A DNA stretch of 64,000 bases from a virus. Taxonomy: Duplodnaviria; Heunggongvirae; Uroviricota; Caudoviricetes. A model generated the notes under the pieces. The model did not search any database. It was not told the origin of the DNA and was given only the letters and a program-made list of their open reading frames with translations. Where the stretch lies: IMG/VR virus record IMGVR_UViG_3300017650_000009, one strand, 5' to 3'. This document shows, piece by piece, positions 30,123-39,100 of the stretch (its first letter is position 1; every line of letters begins with the position of its first letter). The translations under genes were made by a program, and so were the position numbers.

Positions 30123-30689
30123 ATGGCACTATCGGGAAAATCATTAAGCTCATATATGCTAGATCGGTTCGATTCGGAAAATGTTCCTTTCAGTCGCATT
30201 GAGGAACAGCTTCGTGAGAACGGATGCAATAGTCCGACCTTCGAACGCATTTGGGAAGTTTTCCGTAAAATCCAACAACTCATTGTCATAAACAAGTTGA
30301 ACAGTGGAGAACCCAGTTCTTGGGGTCACATCCGTATGTTGGATCTCCGAAAGATGCTCAATGGCCCAGATGATCGATTGGATTTCGGCGGAAATGGTAT
30401 TGAATTTAGTAAGTGGTATATCGAGCTACTTACATTACAGGCAGCCGGGCTCATCTCAATGGGTTCACTTCATCATCGAATATCTTGCTCCACGCTCGTC
30501 ATTGGTAATTTCGGGCTAAAGAACCCCACCGAAGATGAGATTCAAGCAATACTTCATCGGATGGTGACCGACGATAAAGTTCTACGAACCATCAAGCAAC
30601 ATATTATAACGCGAGCAAAGGCTTTTGATATTGTTCATTTGCTTGTAGATGCAATGTATGCAGAGAGATCAAATGGACATCAATCGTAA
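30123..30689 (+). CDS. Hypothetical protein, possibly a divergent winged helix
   Basis: AAGGA RBS; 'IQQLIVINKLNSG' similar to the next two genes. Confidence 0.7.
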   Translation: MALSGKSLSSYMLDRFDSENVPFSRIEEQLRENGCNSPTFERIWEVFRKIQQLIVINKLNSGEPSSWGHIRMLDLRKMLNGPDDRLDFGGNGIEFSKWYIELLTLQAAGLISMGSLHHRISCSTLVIGNFGLKNPTEDEIQAILHRMVTDDKVLRTIKQHIITRAKAFDIVHLLVDAMYAERSNGHQS

Positions 30690-31245
30690 AATCAAAGCTC
30701 GCCATGCACGGATGCTTCTGAAAGAGATCGAAAATCTCAAGCTAATTCAAAAGCTTAACTACGGGAATACATATGTTCCCGTCGCTGTTTTACGTGAGCA
30801 TTTGACATCAAAAATAGGTCCGGCAAAGGGTTCTTGGAAACATGATCAACAGTTTCGTTTCCTACTTGATAGTCTTCTTGATACAAACGCATTCATGTTC
30901 CAGGAGCCTTGGACCACGGACGTATCCAAGCTTGTTGATTTGACAAAAATGTTCGACGATCTGGGCGTCGGAGTGGATGATCGTGAACTACTCATCCACA
31001 CATCAGCTTTAGGAAACTGGATATCACAAGCAAAACTCGAAGATGATGAAGTGAATGATTTTGTTGTTGAGCTAGTTGAGAACAACTTGAAGATGCATAG
31101 CTTCGGTTATACTCGTACAACGATCATCGAAAACTCACCCACAGTGCCATATCGTATGAGACATGACGTCCCAAAAGTTGAACCAAAAATAATGGGCACA
31201 GTGACTTCAGATGGAGTGGTTGAAATGCTTTGGAGGTCAAAATGA
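30673..31245 (+). CDS. Hypothetical protein, possibly a divergent winged helix
   Basis: 'IENLKLIQKLNYG..VPVAVLREHL'; overlaps both neighbours. Confidence 0.7.
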   Translation: MDINRKIKARHARMLLKEIENLKLIQKLNYGNTYVPVAVLREHLTSKIGPAKGSWKHDQQFRFLLDSLLDTNAFMFQEPWTTDVSKLVDLTKMFDDLGVGVDDRELLIHTSALGNWISQAKLEDDEVNDFVVELVENNLKMHSFGYTRTTIIENSPTVPYRMRHDVPKVEPKIMGTVTSDGVVEMLWRSK

Positions 31246-31751
31246 GTCAGTTTTCGATCATGACATGGAAAGCTGCCCAAGCAATCGGATACGGCAGGAA
31301 TCTTGCGCTTGATGTAGAAGCAAAACTTCCAACAGGCACACAAAAGCGTCTAGCCGAAGAACGTCTTGAGATTCTTAACGAACTCTTAGCCCAGGATATG
31401 CTTGTCAAGCTGACTAAGGGTGAGTTTAGCTTTGAAATTGATCCAGAAGAATCACTTACGGTTCGTGAGATATCCGCACGAACGGGAATGGATCGCACTG
31501 AAGTATCAACGCATTTGGAACATTTGGAGCCATTAGGTTTGGTTTCATATTATGGCCCATCGAAAATTGATACCATATTCTGGAGGAAAATTTCAGACAA
31601 TCCCAAGAAGCGCGGACAGATCAAGCCATTTGCCCATATGAGTCATTATGTGCGTGATTTCCTCTACGGCAAACCAAAGGAAGAGATCGTCGACGTCCTA
31701 CGGGAAGTGCTTGAAACACAAAGCCTTTTGGTAAGAAAGTCATATTTCTAA
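31242..31751 (+). CDS. Winged helix-turn-helix DNA-binding protein
   Basis: LTVREISARTGMDRTEVSTHLEHLEPLGLV (MarR/TrmB-like wHTH); GGAGG RBS. Confidence 0.8.
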   Translation: MSQFSIMTWKAAQAIGYGRNLALDVEAKLPTGTQKRLAEERLEILNELLAQDMLVKLTKGEFSFEIDPEESLTVREISARTGMDRTEVSTHLEHLEPLGLVSYYGPSKIDTIFWRKISDNPKKRGQIKPFAHMSHYVRDFLYGKPKEEIVDVLREVLETQSLLVRKSYF

Positions 31752-31752
31752 T

Positions 31753-32240
31753 AATGCTAAATATTGCAAATTAGGACAGATACAGTTATAGTCCTGAGTA
31801 ATAAGCATTTACAAGAATACGGTGATACCGGGACCACCTGACCGGCACTATGAGAGGCTTTGCTTGTCTCGTTTGGAACGAAATCATTTTGGGCCCCACG
31901 CAAAGGGACTTCCCAAAAATGTGGACCGCCAAGGCTTATTGCCGAAAGAGTCGCCCTTACTGATGGTAAGGAGGAAAAGATTGATGCGATCCCTGAAGAG
32001 ACCAGGGAACATCAAGCCACGAGGAAGTCGAACCTTCTGTTGCTTCCCGTGTAGTGTGGTATTGTCCACGACCGTGTTTCATAGAAATATGAGGATTTCG
32101 GCAAGTTGCAGGTAAATGAACACCGCCTGTGCCAATTGCTTTCAGAAGGTGCCTGAGAAACTCGTAGAATGTTTTCCATTCATAATCCCCCTGATACATA
32201 GCAGTTGTTTGTTTATTCAACTGTGTGTATCGGGGGGAAT
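31753..32240 (+). ncRNA. Candidate large structured non-coding RNA (~480 nt), family not recognised
   Basis: At least 9 helices, G:U pairs consistent with the + strand, a multibranch domain closed by 31939-31947/32096-32104, a 21-bp terminal stem, and TAAATA at 31758. Confidence 0.7.
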
Positions 32241-32366
32241 AACATGCCCTCAAATCTGTAGAATATCATTACTCGCTTCGCTTTTCCTTCCAATCTTTTC
32301 CATAAAACCAGACAAATCACCCACACAATCTACTCCAAATAACCCACAGAGATCTGACATATAACC

Positions 32367-32393
32367 TTGACATGGATATCTACCTGCTATATG
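32367..32393 (+). promoter_or_regulatory. Early promoter
   Basis: CTTGACA...ccTGcTATATG; spacer is short. Confidence 0.55.
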
Positions 32394-32417
32394 GATTAAT
32401 ATCTAATGGAGATACCT

Positions 32418-32984
32418 ATGGGCCTATTAAGGAATATTCACACTTATATCTGCACTAGGCTTGTTGAACGAGCTGAGTCCAAGATCCCTTTGGGTGAACC
32501 CAATATATTCGTACAAAGCTTTAAGGAAGATCTCCCCCATCCAGGGATATATCAGTACAAAGTGGATTTACCAGGAATAAAAGTGGGTGTCTTTTTGAGT
32601 GGTCGACGTCCATTTGATTCACTTGGTTATCGTTTTGGACTTCTTGAACCCAAGCAAATTCTACGATTTACCAGTCATAGCAATGAGATCGAAGTAAAGG
32701 GGTTTGAACCAAGAATTAGTTTTCGTTCTAATCCTGGTGATTCCATTTTGGATAAACTTTCAATTCGTGTGAATGATTTTTCCATAACCGATTTCCTAAG
32801 TAGTTGTTTGGGTTTAGTTGTGGTGTCCATGTTCACACAATCCATAAGTGGATCCGATGACAATGAAAATTTTGTTCAGGTGGCATTTTATGATGAACGC
32901 GATTTCATGCTTTATAAACTTGCGGGTCCAATGTCTGAAACGGACACTAGTCAGTTGCACAAAGTCATTTTTCAATTCCGTTAA
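32418..32984 (+). CDS. Hypothetical protein, 'FxDERD..LxKL' paralogue family
   Basis: GGAG RBS; FYDERDFMLYKLAG. Confidence 0.7.
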   Translation: MGLLRNIHTYICTRLVERAESKIPLGEPNIFVQSFKEDLPHPGIYQYKVDLPGIKVGVFLSGRRPFDSLGYRFGLLEPKQILRFTSHSNEIEVKGFEPRISFRSNPGDSILDKLSIRVNDFSITDFLSSCLGLVVVSMFTQSISGSDDNENFVQVAFYDERDFMLYKLAGPMSETDTSQLHKVIFQFR

Positions 32985-33507
32985 TAATGGATTCTGGGCT
33001 GGCTTTGATCGACTAGCGCGTAAGCAAGGTCGTGAAGTATCACTGATCTACCGGAACATCAATGATTCCGAATTAACATCGTTGTTCTCGAGTAAGCATA
33101 TTGGTATCCCAACTCCGATAAATTCACTTCGTTTGGATTTTATGGTTACCGACAAAACGCTGAAGACCGCAGGCTTTGAATATTCTTTGCGGCCCTACGC
33201 TAGTAAAGTGCAAGCCAATAATTTTTATAATTCCATCTATTTCACATGGCAAAGCCAACTGTTTGATCAGGCATTCCCACAACCAAATGTTCAGTGTGGT
33301 TTGGAGGTGAATGATTGGGATATATTGGATTTTGCACTAACACAGTGTAAGGGATCAGTACGTCTGACCCTGTTTATGGAACAAGAGAAGCATACTTTGG
33401 AATTAACCGACTATATGAGTCTCCATGTTATGTTTTTCGACGAGCGCGATTATATGTTGTTCAAGCTAATCGAGCCATTCAACATTCGTGAGGATTCTTT
33501 TGATTAA
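32890..33507 (+). CDS. Hypothetical protein, same paralogue family (start uncertain)
   Basis: FFDERDYMLFKLIE; VNDWDILDF matches VNDFSITDF of the previous gene. Confidence 0.65.
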   Translation: MMNAISCFINLRVQCLKRTLVSCTKSFFNSVNNGFWAGFDRLARKQGREVSLIYRNINDSELTSLFSSKHIGIPTPINSLRLDFMVTDKTLKTAGFEYSLRPYASKVQANNFYNSIYFTWQSQLFDQAFPQPNVQCGLEVNDWDILDFALTQCKGSVRLTLFMEQEKHTLELTDYMSLHVMFFDERDYMLFKLIEPFNIREDSFD

Positions 33508-34033
33508 ACAGATATTGGAGTTCTTCCGTCGAAAAACTGTAAGACGCTCATTATTGTCAGCATCACTTATTAACTCGTATCGCTACCCCAATACGTATAG
33601 GATTCAATTTTCTCGATATCCACGTTTCATTAATCGGTTAAAGCTGTTCTGGACAAAACCCGTGTATAGTTTGGATCTTAATATGGAACAGTTGCCGTGG
33701 GAACCTGAAAATCCTCATAGTAGTGTATTTTTACGATCCAAATTAATGATGTTAACTGATAAATCAAATAATCATATTTTGGTTGATACCGCTGGCACAC
33801 AAATAACGGATTTCAAGTTTATTTTAGCAAGGCATGATATAAACAAATGGATCTTTGATAATATCGTTGATCTTCTTGTCGTAAACGTTTATACCTATCA
33901 GCAAGTTTCATTTCGTACTCAGTTTAAGATACATTCTCAGTTTTGCCATAGAGTTAGATTAGATTTTTATTCTCCAACGGATGCAGTTATTTTTAAATTC
34001 CTGATTTCCGAATTTAGGAATTCAAACGCTTGA
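33488..34033 (+). CDS. Hypothetical protein, same paralogue family
   Basis: FYSPTDAVIFKFL C-terminus. Confidence 0.6.
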   Translation: MRILLIKQILEFFRRKTVRRSLLSASLINSYRYPNTYRIQFSRYPRFINRLKLFWTKPVYSLDLNMEQLPWEPENPHSSVFLRSKLMMLTDKSNNHILVDTAGTQITDFKFILARHDINKWIFDNIVDLLVVNVYTYQQVSFRTQFKIHSQFCHRVRLDFYSPTDAVIFKFLISEFRNSNA

Positions 34034-34060
34034 CTTATTCCTGAATCCTGTTATTATAAT
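34030..34060 (+). promoter_or_regulatory. Early promoter
   Basis: TTGACT-N16-TATTAT (overlapping TATAAT) with TG extension. Confidence 0.75.
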
Positions 34061-34081
34061 TGTGTAACAAGGAGAAGCGAT

Positions 34082-34351
34082 ATGAGAAACGAAAAGTTCA
34101 GAAATCTAGTTATGCGGATGCTGGATAATCCTCGTGCGTTTCACTACTTGGGCTGGCTCATGCGCGCAACTCCTGATCAGGACTTCGCAATTCGCCGGGT
34201 ACTTAATGTGCTTGCAGTCGCTGAAATTGATCGCAATCGGAAGGATGGATTGCGCCAGCAGATTCGCAATTGGTACCGCGCAAACTATGGTGACAGAAAG
34301 TTCTTCGCAGACAGCGATCTTCATCGCAAGCATAAGAGGGTAATGGTTTAA
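34082..34351 (+). CDS. Small basic hypothetical protein
   Basis: AAGGAG RBS after a promoter. Confidence 0.7.
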   Translation: MRNEKFRNLVMRMLDNPRAFHYLGWLMRATPDQDFAIRRVLNVLAVAEIDRNRKDGLRQQIRNWYRANYGDRKFFADSDLHRKHKRVMV

Positions 34352-34705
34352 TTGAAACCACTGGAACTAACATACGAACATGGATCAACGCGCCTTTACT
34401 TTAGGCACGTTATCTGCCCATTTCCGCTTGATGACCTTGCCTTTGAAATTACTAGTGACACACCAGCTTTGATGTCGATCGTGCATAAACATTTTACACC
34501 CGGTCTGTATGAGTGTGATCCATCCGATGAATTTGATAAATGGGCTCAATCTCTTGGGCTAGATATACAGGTGGGTTTTGTAAAGTATTTGTTCAAGTGC
34601 ACGGATACTGATTTCAAACATGAACTAAAAGACCATACAATATCTGAGATTTGGATGCGTTGTTTGCCTCGTGCTTTGCTGTTATTGAAGTTGAGATGGA
34701 TATGA
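34352..34705 (+). CDS. Hypothetical protein, 'KLxW' family; tandem paralogue of the next gene
   Basis: MKPLEL...PFPLDDLAFEI...LLLKLRWI. Confidence 0.7.
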   Translation: MKPLELTYEHGSTRLYFRHVICPFPLDDLAFEITSDTPALMSIVHKHFTPGLYECDPSDEFDKWAQSLGLDIQVGFVKYLFKCTDTDFKHELKDHTISEIWMRCLPRALLLLKLRWI

Positions 34706-35067
34706 AACAATTAGAATTAAGGTGTGTTAATCAGTTGTATCAATGGGAAACTCTACTTGAGCAAGTAACAGTACCATTTCCTCTTGATGCGTTTGCTTTT
34801 GAAATAGCCATTAACAGCATCTACTTTGGATTGCTCGAAAATACTACACTAAATCTTTTCGATTGCAAACCAGAATTACGTCCGGAAATAATAGACTGGG
34901 CCCATCAAAATGGAATTCATGTTGAAGTTGGCGTTGTTCATTATCGATATCGATCTTATAGTTTGGAAAATGAAAACATGCTGTATATGGGAAGTTCTAA
35001 TTTTGAGATTTATATTCGGTTTAGTTCCGAGAGAGATCATATGCTCACAAAATTGACTTGGCTCTAA
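34702..35067 (+). CDS. Hypothetical protein, 'KLxW' family
   Basis: MKQLEL...PFPLDAFAFEI...FSSERDHMLTKLTWL. Confidence 0.7.
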   Translation: MKQLELRCVNQLYQWETLLEQVTVPFPLDAFAFEIAINSIYFGLLENTTLNLFDCKPELRPEIIDWAHQNGIHVEVGVVHYRYRSYSLENENMLYMGSSNFEIYIRFSSERDHMLTKLTWL

Positions 35068-35081
35068 CGATAAATATCGTT
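35066..35081 (+). promoter_or_regulatory. Late box TAAATA within a short inverted repeat
   Basis: AACGAT-aaat-ATCGTT. Confidence 0.45.
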
Positions 35082-35099
35082 TTAACAAAGGAGTCTCAC

Positions 35100-35393
35100 A
35101 TGGGTTGGGCAGCTAATCACATTTTCAATCTTAAAGCGGGTCGATCTGTAACTTTCAAATACGTTGGAAATCACATGTTTCCTATCGTATCCAATGGCGA
35201 ACTCGTTGAAGTAAATCCAGTTGGTCAGACAAAGCTAAAGAAGGGCATGGTGGTTCTCGTCAAGATGAACGGCCTGGAGCTACTTCATAAGATCACAGAT
35301 ATTAATGACAATCTCGTTGAGATATCAACAAATTCCGGCCATGTAAATGGTTGGACTGATATCGAAAACGTTTATGGAATTGCAAAGAAATAA
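35100..35393 (+). CDS. S24/S26 peptidase-like protein, possibly catalytically altered
   Basis: 'GNHMFPIVSNGELV' (canonical GxSMxP has Ser where His is seen), 'LLHKI', 'NGW'. Confidence 0.65.
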   Translation: MGWAANHIFNLKAGRSVTFKYVGNHMFPIVSNGELVEVNPVGQTKLKKGMVVLVKMNGLELLHKITDINDNLVEISTNSGHVNGWTDIENVYGIAKK

Positions 35394-35394
35394 C

Positions 35395-35454
35395 TTGACA
35401 GTTTTGGACTCCGTGTTAGTCTCTAAGACGTGTAATAGAGGAGTCCAAAATGTC
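35395..35454 (+). promoter_or_regulatory. Early promoter within a hairpin covering the RBS and ATG
   Basis: TTGACA-N16-TAGTCT; TTTTGGACTCC (35402-35412) / GGAGTCCAAAA (35440-35450). Confidence 0.7.
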
Positions 35455-35803
35455 TGAAATCGAATTTCGTTTTCTCGGATGGAATAATACAAACGGATCG
35501 GACAAAATCTGGGGTTGGTTCACTATCGGCGAGAAGGTTTACAATTTCTGGGGACCACGTGGCGAAAAGAAGCTTGTAAAGCTGAGCTTCAAGCAATTCC
35601 CATCTCAGTCGTTCAATCACAATATCAGCTCGGCGCGTTCCAAGCAGCAAGAAAAGCTGCGAAAGGGATATAAGAGTATAAGTGTTGCTGTTGAAGACAA
35701 CATGCTCGTCGATGTCGAACGAATTTATCCCGGGTTTACCGATCACCTCAAGAAGCAGATGCTAATCGCCAAACTCAGTGGTATTGCGTATCGTGCCCAT
35801 TAA
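35450..35803 (+). CDS. WGR-domain-like protein
   Basis: 'SDKIWG...FWGPRG...EKLRKGY' WGR pattern. Confidence 0.7.
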   Translation: MSEIEFRFLGWNNTNGSDKIWGWFTIGEKVYNFWGPRGEKKLVKLSFKQFPSQSFNHNISSARSKQQEKLRKGYKSISVAVEDNMLVDVERIYPGFTDHLKKQMLIAKLSGIAYRAH

Positions 35804-36134
35804 CAGTCCAGCAACCGACCTCAAGACTTTCGACACCTACATGTGCGAGGTCTTGGGGTTTATTCGTTTTGAAAGCCAAACTCATGATGAGGTTTATTGG
35901 CAACACACGATCCCTCATACAACAATTGCAATACGTGTGATGAGTGGACTCTCCTCAAGCGGTGAGATTCTAACACGTGAGCACATGGGTATTAGGATCT
36001 GTTTAATGGATTTGATTACAAACTCGCAGATCGAAAAGCCAATGCGAGTTCGTCGCACAAGGGATTCTCTCCGTAATATTCGAGAGCGAGTTGGTATTCT
36101 TTGGCGCAAGGTGCAAGCCAAAGCTACTAGGTAA
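35778..36134 (+). CDS. Hypothetical phage protein
   Basis: Overlaps previous stop; basic C-terminus RVRRTRDSLRNIRER. Confidence 0.6.
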   Translation: MVLRIVPINSPATDLKTFDTYMCEVLGFIRFESQTHDEVYWQHTIPHTTIAIRVMSGLSSSGEILTREHMGIRICLMDLITNSQIEKPMRVRRTRDSLRNIRERVGILWRKVQAKATR

Positions 36135-36151
36135 GCTCAGACTCCTTTGCT

Positions 36152-36180
36152 GATAAATATCCCGTAGCTGGGAGTTTATC
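36152..36180 (+). promoter_or_regulatory. Late promoter pairing with the downstream RBS
   Basis: GATAAAT.TCCC-gtagct-GGGAGTTTATC directly before the ATG. Confidence 0.6.
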
Positions 36181-39100
36181 ATGCAAGACCGTCAAAGACA
36201 TCATATCATTGTTGACTCAAAAGAAAATGTGCCTACTGTCCTCGAGCAGTTGAAGCAAAGCTCACTCACGGATCTAAAGACGTGGGTTGCATTTCCACTT
36301 CTAATTAGTGCGAGTCTCACTAAGGCTCAAGTTGATTGGTTGAAACGTCATCCTATGATCAGCTTCGTCGAACCCAATAGTGCGGTTTACCTACATGCGG
36401 ATCCCAAGCAATATGAGATAAAGCCCCAACCTGGTGCAGACTTGCAAGATATCCGTGCGAGTCTTTTTGAACAATTCGATATCGAATTATGGCAATTCGA
36501 TGATTTGCCAGACGTGTTGTTTACAACACTGGATGAGGATTCCTATACTAGACTTTCGATGCAAATTCAACAGGGTAACTTTCCTGATATTCTGAGTTTG
36601 CGTGAATCAATTAATCCAGTACGTGAGTTCACAAGAGTTCTAAATTTGGACCGCTACAATTGGGGTATCGAACGAATTTCACATCGCAATACTCGTTTGT
36701 TCGAACGTGTGAGCTTTACTCAGACTGGTGAAAACGTAAACGTATTTGTGTTGGATAACGGCGTACAAAGCAATCATGACGAATTGAGAGGCCGTGTTAG
36801 CCCTCAACGTTATGATGCGTTCCGTGATATGTCTGATCCTCTTTATGGTGAACCAAGCACTAGTACGAGTATGGATGGTTCGCAAATCACATTCGATGAT
36901 CATGGTACACATGTTGCTAGTATCATTGCAGGTTCAACTGTTGGTGTAGCTCCAAGTGCAACCATTTACTCAGTTCGTGTTTTCTCAAATGATTCTGAAG
37001 AACCTACAACTATCAACGATATTTTGCTTGCGGTAGAGTGGACTATAACAATGCATACCACTATTGGTGGTGCATCCATCGTAAACATGAGTTTCGGCAT
37101 TCAGGATGCAGTTATTGGAAATATGTATGTAAGTGATCTGATCACACAGGCGCTAATCAATGTTGGGATTATTACAGTTGTCAGTGCGGGTAACGATGCG
37201 ACAGATGCGTTCTTCACAAAACCAGCCGGTGCAGGTGCAAAACGTGAAGTTCGTCAAGAAGGACAGAAATATTTCCTGGACACAATTATAGATCCAGCAA
37301 TCAAACCAATCACTGTTGGTGCATCTGTTAGCCCTCGTAGCACGGCACGTAATACAGATGGTGTTTGGTCTAAATCGAATTGGGGGGATGTCGTTGATAT
37401 TTTTGCACCTGGTGTGAATATTTTTGCTGCGAGTCTACAACAGGTTGGAGATTCCATTGATTTGAATCGTACAAGTGCATATGCGGTTAAATCAGGAACA
37501 TCAATGGCAGCCCCGCATGTTGCGGGCATCTGTGCTTTGCATTTGTCTAAGGATCCCACGCTTACTCATCAACAAATGCGTGAGCTAATTATAGAACAAG
37601 CAACAAAGAATCCATTCAATATTGCTGAAACACGACATACTCGTGTTGATCCTGTTCGTTATCGTCAAGTTGGATCTCAAGTTGTCCCATATGTGTTTGA
37701 GAATACAACAATGTATTCTCCGAATCGTTTGGCTTTTGCTTGGTTCACTTTAAGCCGATTCAATTGGACTGATCAATCTTATACACTTGAAGTAGATGAG
37801 CATCAGCGTTTGGAAGCCAAAATTAGTGCATCTAGTACAAACTATTACGGCGACAACGAGCTTGTTGATTATGAGATTACTCAACTTGATGTTCCGGTGG
37901 AATATCCTTTGGGCTTCCCTTTGAACTTCACAAGCACTGAATATGTGAGTACAGATGGAAACATTGTTGAAAATATTAATGTTCTGAACTTGCGCATTGA
38001 TGCACCATCAGTCCCAGAGACTCGTATTGGATCGTTTGAGATACAAGCGTATGATGGACGAGTACGTGGATTCCGACGTCTAACAATTCAAACAAATAAT
38101 GTTCCTGCTCCACCAGTTTGGCAAAGTCCGGCAGCGGGTGAACTATTTGCGACCCCCAAACATAAAGGTGATGTATTTGCACAATCAACGTTGGAATTCG
38201 TTGCCACACAAGAAGACAATTTACCGATTACCTATACAATCATTCCGTTGAATGGTTCACTACCGTTGGGATTGAATTTACGCCAAGATCAAGTCGGTAA
38301 TAAATCCTATTTGAGTGGCACAATTGTTTCACTCCCATATAGCCAGGAACCAATTAAATATGAATTTCTAATCCGAGCTACTGCTGGAAATGGATTGATT
38401 GCAGAACGACTATTCACACTAACATGTGAGTATCAAAACTCAATCCATTATTTCAATCCGGATTGGCTTGTTGGGTTCTATGAGATTGAACCTAGCATTT
38501 TGATGATGCCTCCGGCTCGTATTGGTAATACGTATTACCAAGCCATCGATGTTGTAAACGAGGACAATGATGTTCTAACCTATGCAATTGATTTTGTTCC
38601 TGGAATCGTTGAGGGTCCCGGTGTATTCAATGGTCGTTTACCAACGGGTCTGGGAATTTTTGCAGATGGTAGCATTCGAGGAATCGTTGATCCTACTGTC
38701 GTTCTCGGTCTCTATTACATTCGACTCACAGTAACAGATGTTGAGGGAAATGAGATTGCTCAGAATTTCCGCATTACTGTTGAAATCGGTGATGATGATG
38801 TGCTCCAGGAATCTGATCAGATTATTTGGGTTACACCTCCCGGATCAATCGGAAACATTTACGAAACATTCCCGTCGCATGTCCTGGTTGAGGCAATCAA
38901 CCCAGAAGGGACACCTGTTGTTTACTCGGTAAGTCCGAATGGCGGACCTTTGCCCGATGGTCTAACCGTCCAGAGTACAACCGGTTATATAATGGGGTTT
39001 GCTCCTTTTGTTAGTGCTGATACAACCTACACTTTTGCAATCCGTGCAACTGTTGGTGCACGATATGTGGATCGCACTTTTAGTATTACGATTTTGAATC

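Noticed and set aside
31993-32151. Hammerhead-like core CTGAAGA-GAC...GTC-GAA inside the large RNA
   Set aside because: Core reads GAAC rather than GAAA, the would-be cleavage triplet ends in G, no stem I is present, and CTGAAGAG lies in a better local hairpin
31822-32364. Short ORFs (61-98 aa) overlapping the structured region on both strands
   Set aside because: No convincing RBS, mutually overlapping, atypical composition; RNA structure explains the region better
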